Assembly: GCA_046262595.1 (NCBI GenBank)
Contig: JBHEMM010000019.1
Span: 1-45,074 of the forward strand
DNA length: 45,074 bases
DNA from: Vulcanimicrobiaceae bacterium
GTDB lineage: Bacteria; Vulcanimicrobiota; Vulcanimicrobiia; Vulcanimicrobiales; Vulcanimicrobiaceae
Direction: 5' to 3'
Below, in pieces: positions 30,493 to 39,297 of this stretch. Each line of letters opens with the position of its first letter. Position 1 is the stretch's first letter. Made by a program: the position numbers and the translations under genes. The notes below the pieces were generated by a model, which ran no database searches, was not told the DNA's origin, and saw only the letters and a program-made list of their open reading frames with translations.

Positions 30493-31488
30493 ATGGAACG
30501 CACGAACGAGCCGAAGATTGTGTTGCTGGTCCGGCTGCTCAACGCGATTGACGAAGGCCGCTTTTCGTTCGAAGAACTTAAAGACCGCATTGCCGAGGGA
30601 GAACACAAGCCGAGCACGCGCAGCCTGCGCCGCTATTTGGCAGTGCTTGCGGACGCGGGCTTCCCGTGGTACTTCGATCGCGCCACCAACACGTACCGGT
30701 TTACCGAAGGTTACAGCCTCAAACGCCTGGAGCTCAACAGCAGCGAACTGTTCGGTCTGGTCGCGCTGCGCGCCATCAGCGCCAGTTTGAAGGGCGCCAT
30801 CGGCACGTACGTTGACGAAGTGACCGCCAAGATCGTTGGCTCGAGCGGCAGCGGGGCGAAGGAACGGTTGCAGGCGCCCTCGCCGGTCGCGTTCCGCCTG
30901 AGCGAGATCGCGCTGGATGTGCAGGGAGAACAGATATTCAGCCGTCTCTCCTCGGCCGAACGCAGTTCGCGCAGTGTGCGGTTCCAATACCAGGACAAAG
31001 AAGGCAATACGTCCACGCGCACGGCCGACCCCTACGGCTTTGTCGTGGGCGGCGGACGCGTGTACTGCGTGGCGCACGATCGCGACCGGCGCGGCATGCG
31101 GACGTTCGCGGTCGACAACATGACCGACCTCACGGTGCTGGCGCAGACGTTTACCAAGCCGCAAAATTTCAGCGTCGAAGACTTTGCCTCGAGCTCGATC
31201 AGCGGCGTGCTGCACAGTTCGCAAACCGCGGAAGTGCGCGTGCGGTTCGCACCGCGCGTCGCGAAGGCGGCAATCGCCGCGCGCGTCGTGGCGGATCGCG
31301 CCGTGAGCCGATCGGCCGACGGTTCGGTCGAGATAACGTACACCGTCGCGGACGTTGACGAACTGACGCGCTGGGTTTTGGGTTGGGGCGCACAGGCCGA
31401 GATCGTGGCGCCGGCGGAAGCACGCGCCAAAGTCCAGATGCTCATCTCCGAGATCGCGACGAAGTACGAACTTCCGGTCTCGCGCTAA
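30493..31488 (+). CDS. HTH-WYL-WCX transcriptional regulator (YafY/PafB/DriD-like) with a non-canonical WYL motif
   Basis: N-terminal wHTH (STRSLRRYLAVL...GFP), WYL core VRFQY...RTADPYG...VYCVAHD...RTFAVDNM, WCX end WVLGWG...EIVAP. Confidence 0.9.
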   Translation: MERTNEPKIVLLVRLLNAIDEGRFSFEELKDRIAEGEHKPSTRSLRRYLAVLADAGFPWYFDRATNTYRFTEGYSLKRLELNSSELFGLVALRAISASLKGAIGTYVDEVTAKIVGSSGSGAKERLQAPSPVAFRLSEIALDVQGEQIFSRLSSAERSSRSVRFQYQDKEGNTSTRTADPYGFVVGGGRVYCVAHDRDRRGMRTFAVDNMTDLTVLAQTFTKPQNFSVEDFASSSISGVLHSSQTAEVRVRFAPRVAKAAIAARVVADRAVSRSADGSVEITYTVADVDELTRWVLGWGAQAEIVAPAEARAKVQMLISEIATKYELPVSR

Positions 31489-31500
31489 ACGGACATACAT

Positions 31501-31535
31501 CAAAAACCCCGATGACTTTTACGTCACCGGGGTTT
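31501..31535 (-). terminator. Intrinsic terminator of ncRNA copy 1 (may also weakly terminate the convergent WYL gene)
   Basis: 13-bp stem AAACCCCGGUGAC/GUCAUCGGGGUUU running into U5; the single A-C mismatch on + is a G.U pair on -. Confidence 0.8.
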
Positions 31536-31697
31536 GAACGTATTCGCCGGTTTGCGCCTGTCAGAATTCCGGTAAAAGAAATCGACTGACGCCGCCGTAC
31601 GTTTGGCCGGCTCACTCGGGACCGCGGCTTTCACCGCTGTCCGTCAACATGTTCCGGTTGCGGCTTTTACGTTTGCCGCCCTTCAATCGCTTGAAGT
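31501..31697 (-). ncRNA. Putative structured ncRNA, copy 1 (~197 nt, family not recognised)
   Basis: Own promoter and terminator; collinear conserved blocks and compensatory stems shared with copy 2; no conserved ORF. Confidence 0.75.
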
Positions 31698-31703
31698 TCT
31701 TGC

Positions 31704-31732
31704 ATGGTATCATCCGGAAAATCACTTTGCAA
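31704..31732 (-). promoter_or_regulatory. Sigma70-type promoter of ncRNA copy 1
   Basis: TTGCAA (31732-31727), 17-bp spacer, TG-a-TACCAT (-10 at 31709-31704). Confidence 0.75.
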
Positions 31733-31852
31733 GAGCGCGATGCAGCGACTCACAGCATATGCACAAAAACTTTCAGTTGTTCGCCGTTTGTGCACTCGGC
31801 GGAGCGCGCTCCTCAATTCGCGATTACTCACACGTTGTGCACGCAGGTGCAT

Positions 31853-31890
31853 AAAAAAACAGAAGCCCCGAATGTTCATCCGGAGCTTCC
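31853..31890 (-). terminator. Intrinsic terminator of ncRNA copy 2
   Basis: Stem GGAAGCUCCGGAU/AUUCGGGGCUUCU followed by G-U7; three A-C mismatches on + are G.U pairs on -. Confidence 0.85.
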
Positions 31891-32053
31891 GGCGTATGTC
31901 TTTCTCGCTCGTGCCTGTTTGGCTCCGGTGAAGAAACCCTACTGACCACCGCTTGAAAGTCCGGCCGTTTCACTCGTATCGCCGTCATGCGGCTGCATCG
32001 TCAACATGGCCCGGCCGCGACGACACGTTCGCCGCACTTCGTTTCATCGAAGT
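31853..32053 (-). ncRNA. Putative structured ncRNA, copy 2 (~201 nt, paralog of copy 1)
   Basis: Same block order as copy 1: ACUUC hairpin, GCGGC hairpin, CCGG, CAUGUUGACG, CGAGUGA, GUCAGU, ACCGGA, ACAGGCRC, AUACG, terminator. Confidence 0.75.
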
Positions 32054-32059
32054 GTCTGA

Positions 32060-32088
32060 ATGGTAGCACCGTACAAATGTCGTAGCAA
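32060..32088 (-). promoter_or_regulatory. Sigma70-type promoter of ncRNA copy 2
   Basis: TTGCTA (32088-32083), 17-bp spacer, TG-c-TACCAT (-10 at 32065-32060). Confidence 0.75.
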
Positions 32089-32140
32089 GTAGCCGGGTGC
32101 CGTTTCCACCGCATTTCCACAAGAAAGACGCGTTATTCAC

Positions 32141-32572
32141 ATGGTTATACACCTGCTTGCTCTGTTGCTCGCTCAAAGCATGTTCGCCGGTCTTCCTGTC
32201 GACGGTATCCGATGCGATTCGATGGAAGGTGCGCTCGAACACATCCACGCGCATTTGAAAATTACGGATGGCGGCCGCGCGCTGGAAATCCCCTCGGGCA
32301 TCGGGATTCCGCAGGGCGGCCAGTGCCTGTACTGGCTGCATACGCATTCGTCCGACGGCCTCGTGCACATCGAGTCGCCGCTGAAGAAGACGTTTAGGCT
32401 GGGGCAATTCTTCGACATCTGGGGGGAGCCGCTGAGCCGCACGCAGGCCGCAGGAGCGCATGCGTCGCGAGGCCACGCGCTGCGCGTGACCGTCAACGGA
32501 AAAGCCTGGAAAGGCGACCCGCGCACCATTCCGTTACGTGACCATGAGGAGATCGTCATCAACGGCTCATAA
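32141..32572 (+). CDS. Secreted hypothetical protein with His-rich putative metal-binding motifs
   Basis: Signal peptide, HIHAHL, IP-x-GIG, CLYWLHTH-x2-DG-x2-HIES, LGQFFDIWG. Confidence 0.75.
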   Translation: MVIHLLALLLAQSMFAGLPVDGIRCDSMEGALEHIHAHLKITDGGRALEIPSGIGIPQGGQCLYWLHTHSSDGLVHIESPLKKTFRLGQFFDIWGEPLSRTQAAGAHASRGHALRVTVNGKAWKGDPRTIPLRDHEEIVINGS

Positions 32573-32581
32573 GGTATCCGC

Positions 32582-34126
32582 ATGGCAACTACCGCCGCCG
32601 CCATCGAACTCGACGGCAAACACCTCACCCTGCAGGCGATCCGCGCCATCGCTCAAGACGGCGCAACCGTCGCGATCACCGCCGGCGCGCGAGCACGCGT
32701 TGCCGCGGCGCGCGCGCTGGTCGACGAAAAATTCGGTTTAGGCGATGCGATTTACGGCGTGACGACCGGCTTCGGCCGCTTGGCGAACATTCGGGTCGAA
32801 CCGCACGATGCAAACCTCCTCCAGCTCAACCTCGTGCGCAGCCACGCCGCCGGCACGGGCGAGCCGCTGAGCATTCCGCATGTCCGCGCCGCGGGCGTCC
32901 TGCGCGCTAGTTCGCTGGCGGCCGGTCACTCGGGGATCCGCGAGAGCACCCTCGATCTGCTCGTCGGGCTGCTCAACCGGGGCGTCACGCCCGTGGTTCC
33001 GCGCCAGGGATCCGTCGGCGCCAGCGGCGATCTGGCGCCCCTGGCGCACATGACGTTGACGCTTATCGGCGAGGGCGAAGCATTTTATCAAAGTGAGCGC
33101 ATGCCGAGCGCCGTTGCGCTGCAGCGCGCGGGCCTGCAGCCGATCGAGCTGGGTGCAAAAGAAGGACTGGCGCTCGTAAACGGTACTGAGGTGATGACCG
33201 GCATCGCCGCCTTGTGCCAGCTGCGCGCCGAACGCCTTTTGGCGAGCGCCGACGTGATCGGCGCCATGTCGCTCGAAGCGTTTTTAGGAACGGACCGCGT
33301 GTTCGACCGGCGCATCAACGCACTGCGTCCGCATCCGGGTCAAGCACGCGTCGCCGACAATCTTCGCGCATTGTTGAGCGGTTCTCAAATTATCGAATCG
33401 CACCGCGAATGCGGACGCGTGCAAGATCCGTATTCGTACCGCTGCATTCCCGTGGTGCATGGCACCGTGCGCGACGCCGCGGCGCATGCGCGCCGCGTCA
33501 TCGAAATTGAGGCAATCTCCGTTACCGATAACCCGCTGGTTTTCCCGGAAGACGGCGAATTTTTGAGCGGCGGCAACTTCCACGGCCAGCCCATCGCGCT
33601 CGCATCCGATCTGTTGAAAATTGCGCTTGCGGAACTGGCCGGTATCAGCGAACGGCGTCTCTATCTGCTGCTCAATGCGGAAGAGCGCGGCCTGCCGCTG
33701 TTTCTCACGGGACGCTCGGGCTTGCAGTCCGGCTTGATGATCGTGCAGTACACCTCGGCGGCACTCGTCTCGGAAAATAAAGGCCTGGCATGGCCGAACA
33801 GCGTCGATTCGATTCCCACCTCGGCCGGCCAAGAGGATCATGTGAGCATGGGCATGACGGCGGCGGTTCATTTGGACCGCGTGCTGGAGAACGTCGAAGG
33901 CTCGTTGGCCTGCGAGCTGCTCGGTGCGCTCGTTGCGACGGATTTTCGGCGTCCGCTCAAATCGGGCGCAGGAACGCAGGCCGCGTTCGACGTGGCGCGC
34001 GAACGCATTGCGCCCTGGAGCGACGACCGCATTCCGGCCCCGGATATCGAAGCCGCGCGAATGCTCATTCGTTCCGGCGCGATCGCACAGGCCGCGGAGT
34101 CGGCGATCGGAACGGAGCTCGTATGA
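32582..34126 (+). CDS. hutH: Histidine ammonia-lyase
   Basis: [19 protein letters not shown] (MIO-forming ASG), [31 protein letters not shown]. Confidence 0.96.
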   Translation: MATTAAAIELDGKHLTLQAIRAIAQDGATVAITAGARARVAAARALVDEKFGLGDAIYGVTTGFGRLANIRVEPHDANLLQLNLVRSHAAGTGEPLSIPHVRAAGVLRASSLAAGHSGIRESTLDLLVGLLNRGVTPVVPRQGSVGASGDLAPLAHMTLTLIGEGEAFYQSERMPSAVALQRAGLQPIELGAKEGLALVNGTEVMTGIAALCQLRAERLLASADVIGAMSLEAFLGTDRVFDRRINALRPHPGQARVADNLRALLSGSQIIESHRECGRVQDPYSYRCIPVVHGTVRDAAAHARRVIEIEAISVTDNPLVFPEDGEFLSGGNFHGQPIALASDLLKIALAELAGISERRLYLLLNAEERGLPLFLTGRSGLQSGLMIVQYTSAALVSENKGLAWPNSVDSIPTSAGQEDHVSMGMTAAVHLDRVLENVEGSLACELLGALVATDFRRPLKSGAGTQAAFDVARERIAPWSDDRIPAPDIEAARMLIRSGAIAQAAESAIGTELV

Positions 34127-35775
34127 TTGCCAAACCTCGCGCGGTGCGCGCGCCGCACGGCGCGCATCTGAGCTGCCAAGGCTGGCCGCAAGAAGCGGCG
34201 ATGCGCATGCTGATGAACAATTTGGATCCGGACGTTGCCGAACGTCCCGACGACTTGGTCGTGTACGGCGGTAACGGCCGCGCAGCACGCTCGTGGGACG
34301 CGTATGAGGCGATTATACGCACGCTGCGGCGCTTGCAGAACGACGAGACGCTGATCGTGCAAAGCGGCAAGCCGGTTGCAGTGTGGAAGACGCACGCGCG
34401 CGCGCCGCGCGTGCTCATCGCCAATTCGAATCTGGTGCCGAAATGGGCGGACTGGTCGATCTTCCGCGAACTCGAAGCGAACGGCCTCACGATGTACGGC
34501 CAGATGACGGCGGGATCGTGGATCTACATCGGATCGCAAGGCATCGTGCAGGGAACGTACGAGACGTTTGCGGAGCTCGCGCGCCAGCACTACGGCGGCT
34601 CGCTCAAAGGACGCGTTGCGCTCACTGCCGGTTGCGGCGGCATGGGCGGCGCGCAGCCGCTGGCGATCACGATGAACGAAGGCATTTGCCTGATCGTGGA
34701 CGTCGATCGCTCGCGTCTGGACCGCCGCGTTGAATTGCGTTATCTGGATAAAGTCGCGGACTCGCGCGAAGAAGCGCTGCGCGAAGTGCACGCCGCTCGC
34801 CGCGAAGGGCGTTCCGTTTCGATCGGATATGAAGGCAACGCCGGCGATGAGTTCTTGGCGCTCCATGCCGCCGGATTGCGTCCTGATGCCGTGACGGATC
34901 AAACCTCGTCGCACGACATGCTCAACGGCTACGTTCCCGCCGGCATGAGCCTGCAAGAGTGCGCCGCGCTGCGCGCGCAAGAGCCGGAGGAGTACGAGCG
35001 CCGCGCGTATGAGACGGTCGCGCGCCACGTGCGCGGCATGCTGGCATTTCTTAAAGACGGTGCGGTCGTTTTCGACTACGGCAACAATATTCGCGCGATG
35101 GCTCAGCGTGCCGGCGTGCAGAACGCGTTCGATTTCCCCGGCTTCGTACCCGCTTTCATCCGTCCGCTCTTTTGCAAAGGCAGCGGTCCGTTCCGCTTTG
35201 CAGCGCTCTCGGGCCATCCCCAGGACATCGCGCGGTGCGACCGCGAGCTGCTTGAGCTATTCCCGGACGACACGCACTTGCAACGTTGGATCACCATGGC
35301 GCAGGAACGCATCGCTTTCCAAGGACTGCCGGCGCGCATCTGCTGGCTCGGCTACGGCGACCGCGCGAAGGCGGGATTGCGTTTCAACGAACTGGTGCGC
35401 TCGGGCGAGCTCCGCGCGCCGATCGTCATCGGACGCGACCATCTGGACACGGGAAGCGTCGCATCGCCGTACCGCGAAACCGAAGCGATGAAAGACGGCA
35501 GCGACGCGATCGCGGATTGGCCGCTGCTCAACGCGCTGCTCAACACCGCTGCAGGTGCCCATTGGGTTTCGATCCACCACGGCGGGGGCGTCGGCATCGG
35601 CTACAGCACGCACGCCGGAATGGTGGTCGTTGCCGACGGGTCGGAAGATGCGCGCGAACGCTTGGAGTGCGTGCTTGCAACGGATTGCGGCATGGGCGTG
35701 GTTCGTCATGCCGATGCCGGCTATGAGATCGCAGTCGAAACGGCGGACGAAAAACACATCGACTGGCGGCTGTGA
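34123..35775 (+). CDS. hutU: Urocanate hydratase
   Basis: MNNLDP-x-[44 protein letters not shown]. Confidence 0.97.
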   Translation: MIAKPRAVRAPHGAHLSCQGWPQEAAMRMLMNNLDPDVAERPDDLVVYGGNGRAARSWDAYEAIIRTLRRLQNDETLIVQSGKPVAVWKTHARAPRVLIANSNLVPKWADWSIFRELEANGLTMYGQMTAGSWIYIGSQGIVQGTYETFAELARQHYGGSLKGRVALTAGCGGMGGAQPLAITMNEGICLIVDVDRSRLDRRVELRYLDKVADSREEALREVHAARREGRSVSIGYEGNAGDEFLALHAAGLRPDAVTDQTSSHDMLNGYVPAGMSLQECAALRAQEPEEYERRAYETVARHVRGMLAFLKDGAVVFDYGNNIRAMAQRAGVQNAFDFPGFVPAFIRPLFCKGSGPFRFAALSGHPQDIARCDRELLELFPDDTHLQRWITMAQERIAFQGLPARICWLGYGDRAKAGLRFNELVRSGELRAPIVIGRDHLDTGSVASPYRETEAMKDGSDAIADWPLLNALLNTAAGAHWVSIHHGGGVGIGYSTHAGMVVVADGSEDARERLECVLATDCGMGVVRHADAGYEIAVETADEKHIDWRL

Positions 35776-37025
35776 GCGCACCGCTTCTCGTCCTGGCCGG
35801 CACGATCGTCACCTGCGATACGGATGCCCCGCAGAACGGCGTGACATTCGAGGACCTGAACACCATACGGGATGGGGCGCTGCTGTGTTCGGGCGGAACG
35901 ATCGACGCAATCGGTCCCCGAGCGGACATCGAGCCGCTCGTGAATGCGGCGCGCGAGCGCTACCGTATCGACGTCGCGGATTTTCGCGACTGCATTCTGG
36001 TCCCGGGCTTTGTGGACGCGCATGCGCACCCGCTCTTTGCCGGCGATCGGGAAGCGGATTTCGCGGCGCGCGTTGCCGGGCAGAAGCCGCCGCTGGGAAT
36101 GCTTTATACCGTCGAGCGCACGCGCGAAGCGCTCGATGACGAGGGCGCCTTCGAGCGCACGATACTCAGCCGCCTGAGCGCTATCGCAGCGCACGGCACG
36201 ACGACGCTTGAAACGAAAACCGGCTACGCGCTGCATAAACCGGGCGAGATGCAGCTGCTTGACCTGATCGCGCGCTGCAACGACGACGCACAGCTGCCGG
36301 GTACGCGCGTGCTGCCGCGTTTGATCGCCACGTTTTTAGGCGCGCATACGCTGCCGCCGGAGTTTTCCACGGAAAAGGACTATGTCGATTATCTGATCGA
36401 TCAGTGCTTGCCGTTCGCAAAGGCGCACGGCGCCGTCTACGCGGACGCTTTCTGCGAGCCGGGCTTCTTTTCGCCCGGACAGACGCGGCGCTACCTGGAA
36501 GCGGCGCGGGCGAACGGGCTGCGCCTGCGCGTCCACTGTGACGAGATGCAGTACGGCGGCGCGGCCGGGATGGCTGTCGTTACCGGTGTCGACGCTGTGG
36601 ATCACTGCAACTGCATCCGCGAGGCAGACGTGCGCGCCATCGCGCAGAGCGGCACCATCACCGTCGCTTGCCCCGCGACCATCGCGTACCTCGATTTGCC
36701 GCAGCGCACTCCCGTGCGCGATTTGCTGCAGGCCGGCGGCTGTGTCGCCTTGGGCAGCGATTACAACCCGGGCACGTCACCGTGCTTCAACCTGCAGACC
36801 GTCGCATACTTCGGCCGTGCGCTCTTCGGTCTAACGGCCGCCGAGGCGCTCTACGGCGTCACCATTGCCGCCGCTGCATCGCTGCACGCAAATGCGGGCG
36901 TGCTGCGCAGCGGCGGTCCCGCCGATTTTGTCGCATTAGAGCTCGATTCGCCCTCGCAGTTCGGCTGGACGTTCGGAGGCAATCTGGCGCGCAGCGTGTA
37001 CGTTGCCGGCCGCCGGGCGGAGTAG
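35772..37025 (+). CDS. hutI: Imidazolonepropionase
   Basis: [13 protein letters not shown]-x-ETKTGY, FLGAH, DAFCE, DYNPGTS. Confidence 0.92.
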   Translation: MSAPLLVLAGTIVTCDTDAPQNGVTFEDLNTIRDGALLCSGGTIDAIGPRADIEPLVNAARERYRIDVADFRDCILVPGFVDAHAHPLFAGDREADFAARVAGQKPPLGMLYTVERTREALDDEGAFERTILSRLSAIAAHGTTTLETKTGYALHKPGEMQLLDLIARCNDDAQLPGTRVLPRLIATFLGAHTLPPEFSTEKDYVDYLIDQCLPFAKAHGAVYADAFCEPGFFSPGQTRRYLEAARANGLRLRVHCDEMQYGGAAGMAVVTGVDAVDHCNCIREADVRAIAQSGTITVACPATIAYLDLPQRTPVRDLLQAGGCVALGSDYNPGTSPCFNLQTVAYFGRALFGLTAAEALYGVTIAAAASLHANAGVLRSGGPADFVALELDSPSQFGWTFGGNLARSVYVAGRRAE

Positions 37026-38311
37026 TGGAACTGTTCCGTTGCGCGCGGGCGATTGCCGGCGGAAACGAACAGCGCGACTTCGCCTTCGCCGTCGAGGGCG
37101 CACGCATCACGGCGGCAGGGCCGGCGCCGCAGTTGCAGGCGCAATTTCCTGAAGCGCGGATCACGGCATTCGCGCAAGACGTGCTCGTGGTTCCAGGCTT
37201 TATCAACGGGCACAGCCACGCGTATCAGATACTTTTACGCGGTTGGGCCGACGATCTGCCGTTCGAGCGCTGGCGCAGCGATGCGCTGTATACCGTCATC
37301 CCGGGACTTACGCCCGACGAAGTGTATTGGACGTTTCGCTTGGCGTTCGATGAAATGCTGGCCGCCGGCATAACCACGGTTGCCGAGTTTTTCTATTTGA
37401 ATGGCGCGGGCAACGCACATGCGGAGCGCGCGATTCAAGCGGCAAGCGACAGCGGGATCCGCTTGATGTTCGCGCGGGCGTGGATGGACGCCGCATCCGC
37501 GCCCGCCGCCTTCCGCGAAACTCCGGCGCTCGCAGCGCAGCGCACGGCCGAACTGATGGAATCGTTTCCCGGCATCGACATCTGCATCGCGCCGCATTCG
37601 CTGCATGCGGCCTCGCCGGAGATGCTGCGCGCCGCGGCGGCGTTCGCGCGCGAGCGCGGCTGCATGATGCACGTGCATGCGGCGGAAGCGCCGTACGAGG
37701 GCGCGCAGACGCTCGAACGTTTCGGCGCAACACCGGTCACGCTGCTCGACCGGCTCGGCGCGCTGAACGAACGCAGCGTGGTGATCCATGCGATCCACGT
37801 TTCCGATGCGGAAAAGGATTTGCTCGCGGCCTGCGGCGCGCGCGTCATCCACAATCCCATGACGAACCAATATTTGGGCGACGGGATCTGCGACGTTTCG
37901 AAATTGCTCGCGCTGGGCGTACCGGTCGGCCTGGGCACCGATGCCGATGTCAAGCCCTCGCTGTTCGAGGAGATGCGCGCCGCCTCGCTGCTGCAGAAGA
38001 TCGCGCGCTTGGACGGCAGCGCGCTGGGCGCCGCGGCCGCCTACGGTTTGGGAACGGCGCAGGGCGCTCGCGCGCTCGCGGTAGACGCCGGGGATCTGCG
38101 TGCGGGCGCCTTCGCCGATTTTGCGCTCATCGAGACGCGAGGCATCGACGCGTGGACCCCCGCGGTCAATGCGCTGGTGTACCGCGCCGAGAACAGCTGG
38201 GTTCGCGAAACGTTCGTCGGCGGACGCCGCGTGCGCGTTCGTTCCGCGGCTCCGCCGCAGCAGGCGCGGGAAGCGCTCGCGCCAATCTACGGGCGTCTAC
38301 AATTGAAGTAA
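37025..38311 (+). CDS. hutF: Amidohydrolase, probable formimidoylglutamate deiminase
   Basis: PGFINGHSHAYQ-x2-LRG, EML-x-AGIT-x-VAEF-x-Y, APHSL, HVHAAE, LGDG, LGTD; last gene of the hut operon. Confidence 0.7.
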   Translation: MELFRCARAIAGGNEQRDFAFAVEGARITAAGPAPQLQAQFPEARITAFAQDVLVVPGFINGHSHAYQILLRGWADDLPFERWRSDALYTVIPGLTPDEVYWTFRLAFDEMLAAGITTVAEFFYLNGAGNAHAERAIQAASDSGIRLMFARAWMDAASAPAAFRETPALAAQRTAELMESFPGIDICIAPHSLHAASPEMLRAAAAFARERGCMMHVHAAEAPYEGAQTLERFGATPVTLLDRLGALNERSVVIHAIHVSDAEKDLLAACGARVIHNPMTNQYLGDGICDVSKLLALGVPVGLGTDADVKPSLFEEMRAASLLQKIARLDGSALGAAAAYGLGTAQGARALAVDAGDLRAGAFADFALIETRGIDAWTPAVNALVYRAENSWVRETFVGGRRVRVRSAAPPQQAREALAPIYGRLQLK

Positions 38312-38395
38312 GCCGCACGTCCTGTGCGACCTACTTTCTCTGCCCACGACCTACGTTGTACCCGCTGCATTTTCAAGCAAACGCCTTCCCGACGC

Positions 38396-39190
38396 CTAGA
38401 TCAGTATTCGCACGGAACGCATAAAATCGCCAAAGCGGGCATCGTGCGCATCGCTGGACGGCGTTGCGGTATAAACGACCAAGACGAACGAGCGGCCATC
38501 GCACAGCTGCAAAATTCCGCCGTCGTGCGCCACCTCATCGGTGTCGCCGGTCTTATGGGCAAACCGGTCGCCTGGCTGCAAGCCGCGCGAAAGTTTGGTG
38601 TTCCACTCCTGGCGCGAGAGCAGCTCACGGAGTTCGGCCGCGTGCGGCACCGCGTCGCGCGCGATCAACTCGAAGACGCGGGCGGCATCGCGCAGCGAGT
38701 GGCGGTTCATCAGGACGCCATCCCACTGCGGATCGGGGATTAGCGGCTCGGCTCCGGAGAGTTTGCGGCGGAACGCGGTTGCGCCCAACGCGAAGCGCTC
38801 GCGCAGAATGCCGGAGGCGCGCTTACGGCCGGCAAGATCGTAGAGAATATTCGTGGCGACGTTGTCCGAGCGTGTTATGGCGAGTTCGATGAGCTCACCG
38901 ACATGCGCGCGGTAGCCGGGCACGAGCGGTGACGGCTTGTCGTTCTGCGTCATATTGTCGGCCGTGACGCTAACAGGCGCCTCGAGCGAGAGGACGCCAT
39001 CATCGGCCAAGGCAAAGACGGCAAGGGCAAGCGGCGTTTTGAGCATGCTCGCGGGATAGATCTCGCGGTCCGGGTCGCCCCAGATGACGTCCGCGCCGGG
39101 CCGCGGGCCGTCAAGAGCCCGCAACAGCACGGCGGCCTGCCGCAGGCCGCAGGCGCCTGCCAGCCGCTCGAAGTCCGTTGATGTAACCAT
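38396..39190 (-). CDS. Serine hydrolase, class A beta-lactamase-like, no signal peptide
   Basis: PASMLK (SxxK), SDN, HKTG, HDGG motifs. Confidence 0.82.
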   Translation of the reverse strand: MVTSTDFERLAGACGLRQAAVLLRALDGPRPGADVIWGDPDREIYPASMLKTPLALAVFALADDGVLSLEAPVSVTADNMTQNDKPSPLVPGYRAHVGELIELAITRSDNVATNILYDLAGRKRASGILRERFALGATAFRRKLSGAEPLIPDPQWDGVLMNRHSLRDAARVFELIARDAVPHAAELRELLSRQEWNTKLSRGLQPGDRFAHKTGDTDEVAHDGGILQLCDGRSFVLVVYTATPSSDAHDARFGDFMRSVRILI

Positions 39191-39210
39191 TGCCGGGCTT
39201 TCGCCGTTAC

Positions 39211-39275
39211 GCAAGTAAGTACTTGCATTCGCCGCGGCGGCGTGGTACGCTCGGCGTGCAAGTACGTACTTGCAC
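39211..39275. promoter_or_regulatory. Two TetR-type operator palindromes flanking a sigma70 promoter
   Basis: GCAAGTAAGTACTTGC (39211-39226) and perfect GTGCAAGTACGTACTTGCAC (39256-39275); TTGCAT(39223)-17-TACGCT(39246) with TG. Confidence 0.8.
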
Positions 39276-39297
39276 CGCTTAGAGGACCCGACCATCC

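Noticed and set aside
31603..31945. Short ORFs at 31603-31854, 31649-31945, 31667-31879 and 31704-31931
   Set aside because: They have atypical composition, cross promoter and terminator elements, and no frame is conserved between the two repeat copies.
31613..32007. Conserved AUG-UUG-ACG in both ncRNA copies as a small-peptide start
   Set aside because: There is no RBS and the frames diverge after three codons (12 vs 22 aa). UUGAC is better explained by pairing with GUCAG.
31501..32053. Tandem riboswitches (FMN-, cobalamin- or c-di-GMP-like fragments such as CCGGAGCC..ACAG and GCGGTGAAAGCCGC)
   Set aside because: The core consensus elements are missing or not shared by both copies, and there is no same-strand downstream gene to regulate. 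An Rfam search is still needed.
31501..32053. 6S RNA, tRNA, tmRNA, SRP RNA or a CRISPR array
   Set aside because: There is no end-to-end rod with a central bubble, no cloverleaf or CCA end, no identical short repeats with spacers, and no cas genes. The size is 6S-like, so a covariance search should confirm this.
38396..39190. Bona fide antibiotic-resistance beta-lactamase
   Set aside because: It has no signal peptide and is divergent. The SxxK/SDN/KTG motifs are shared with non-resistance serine hydrolases.
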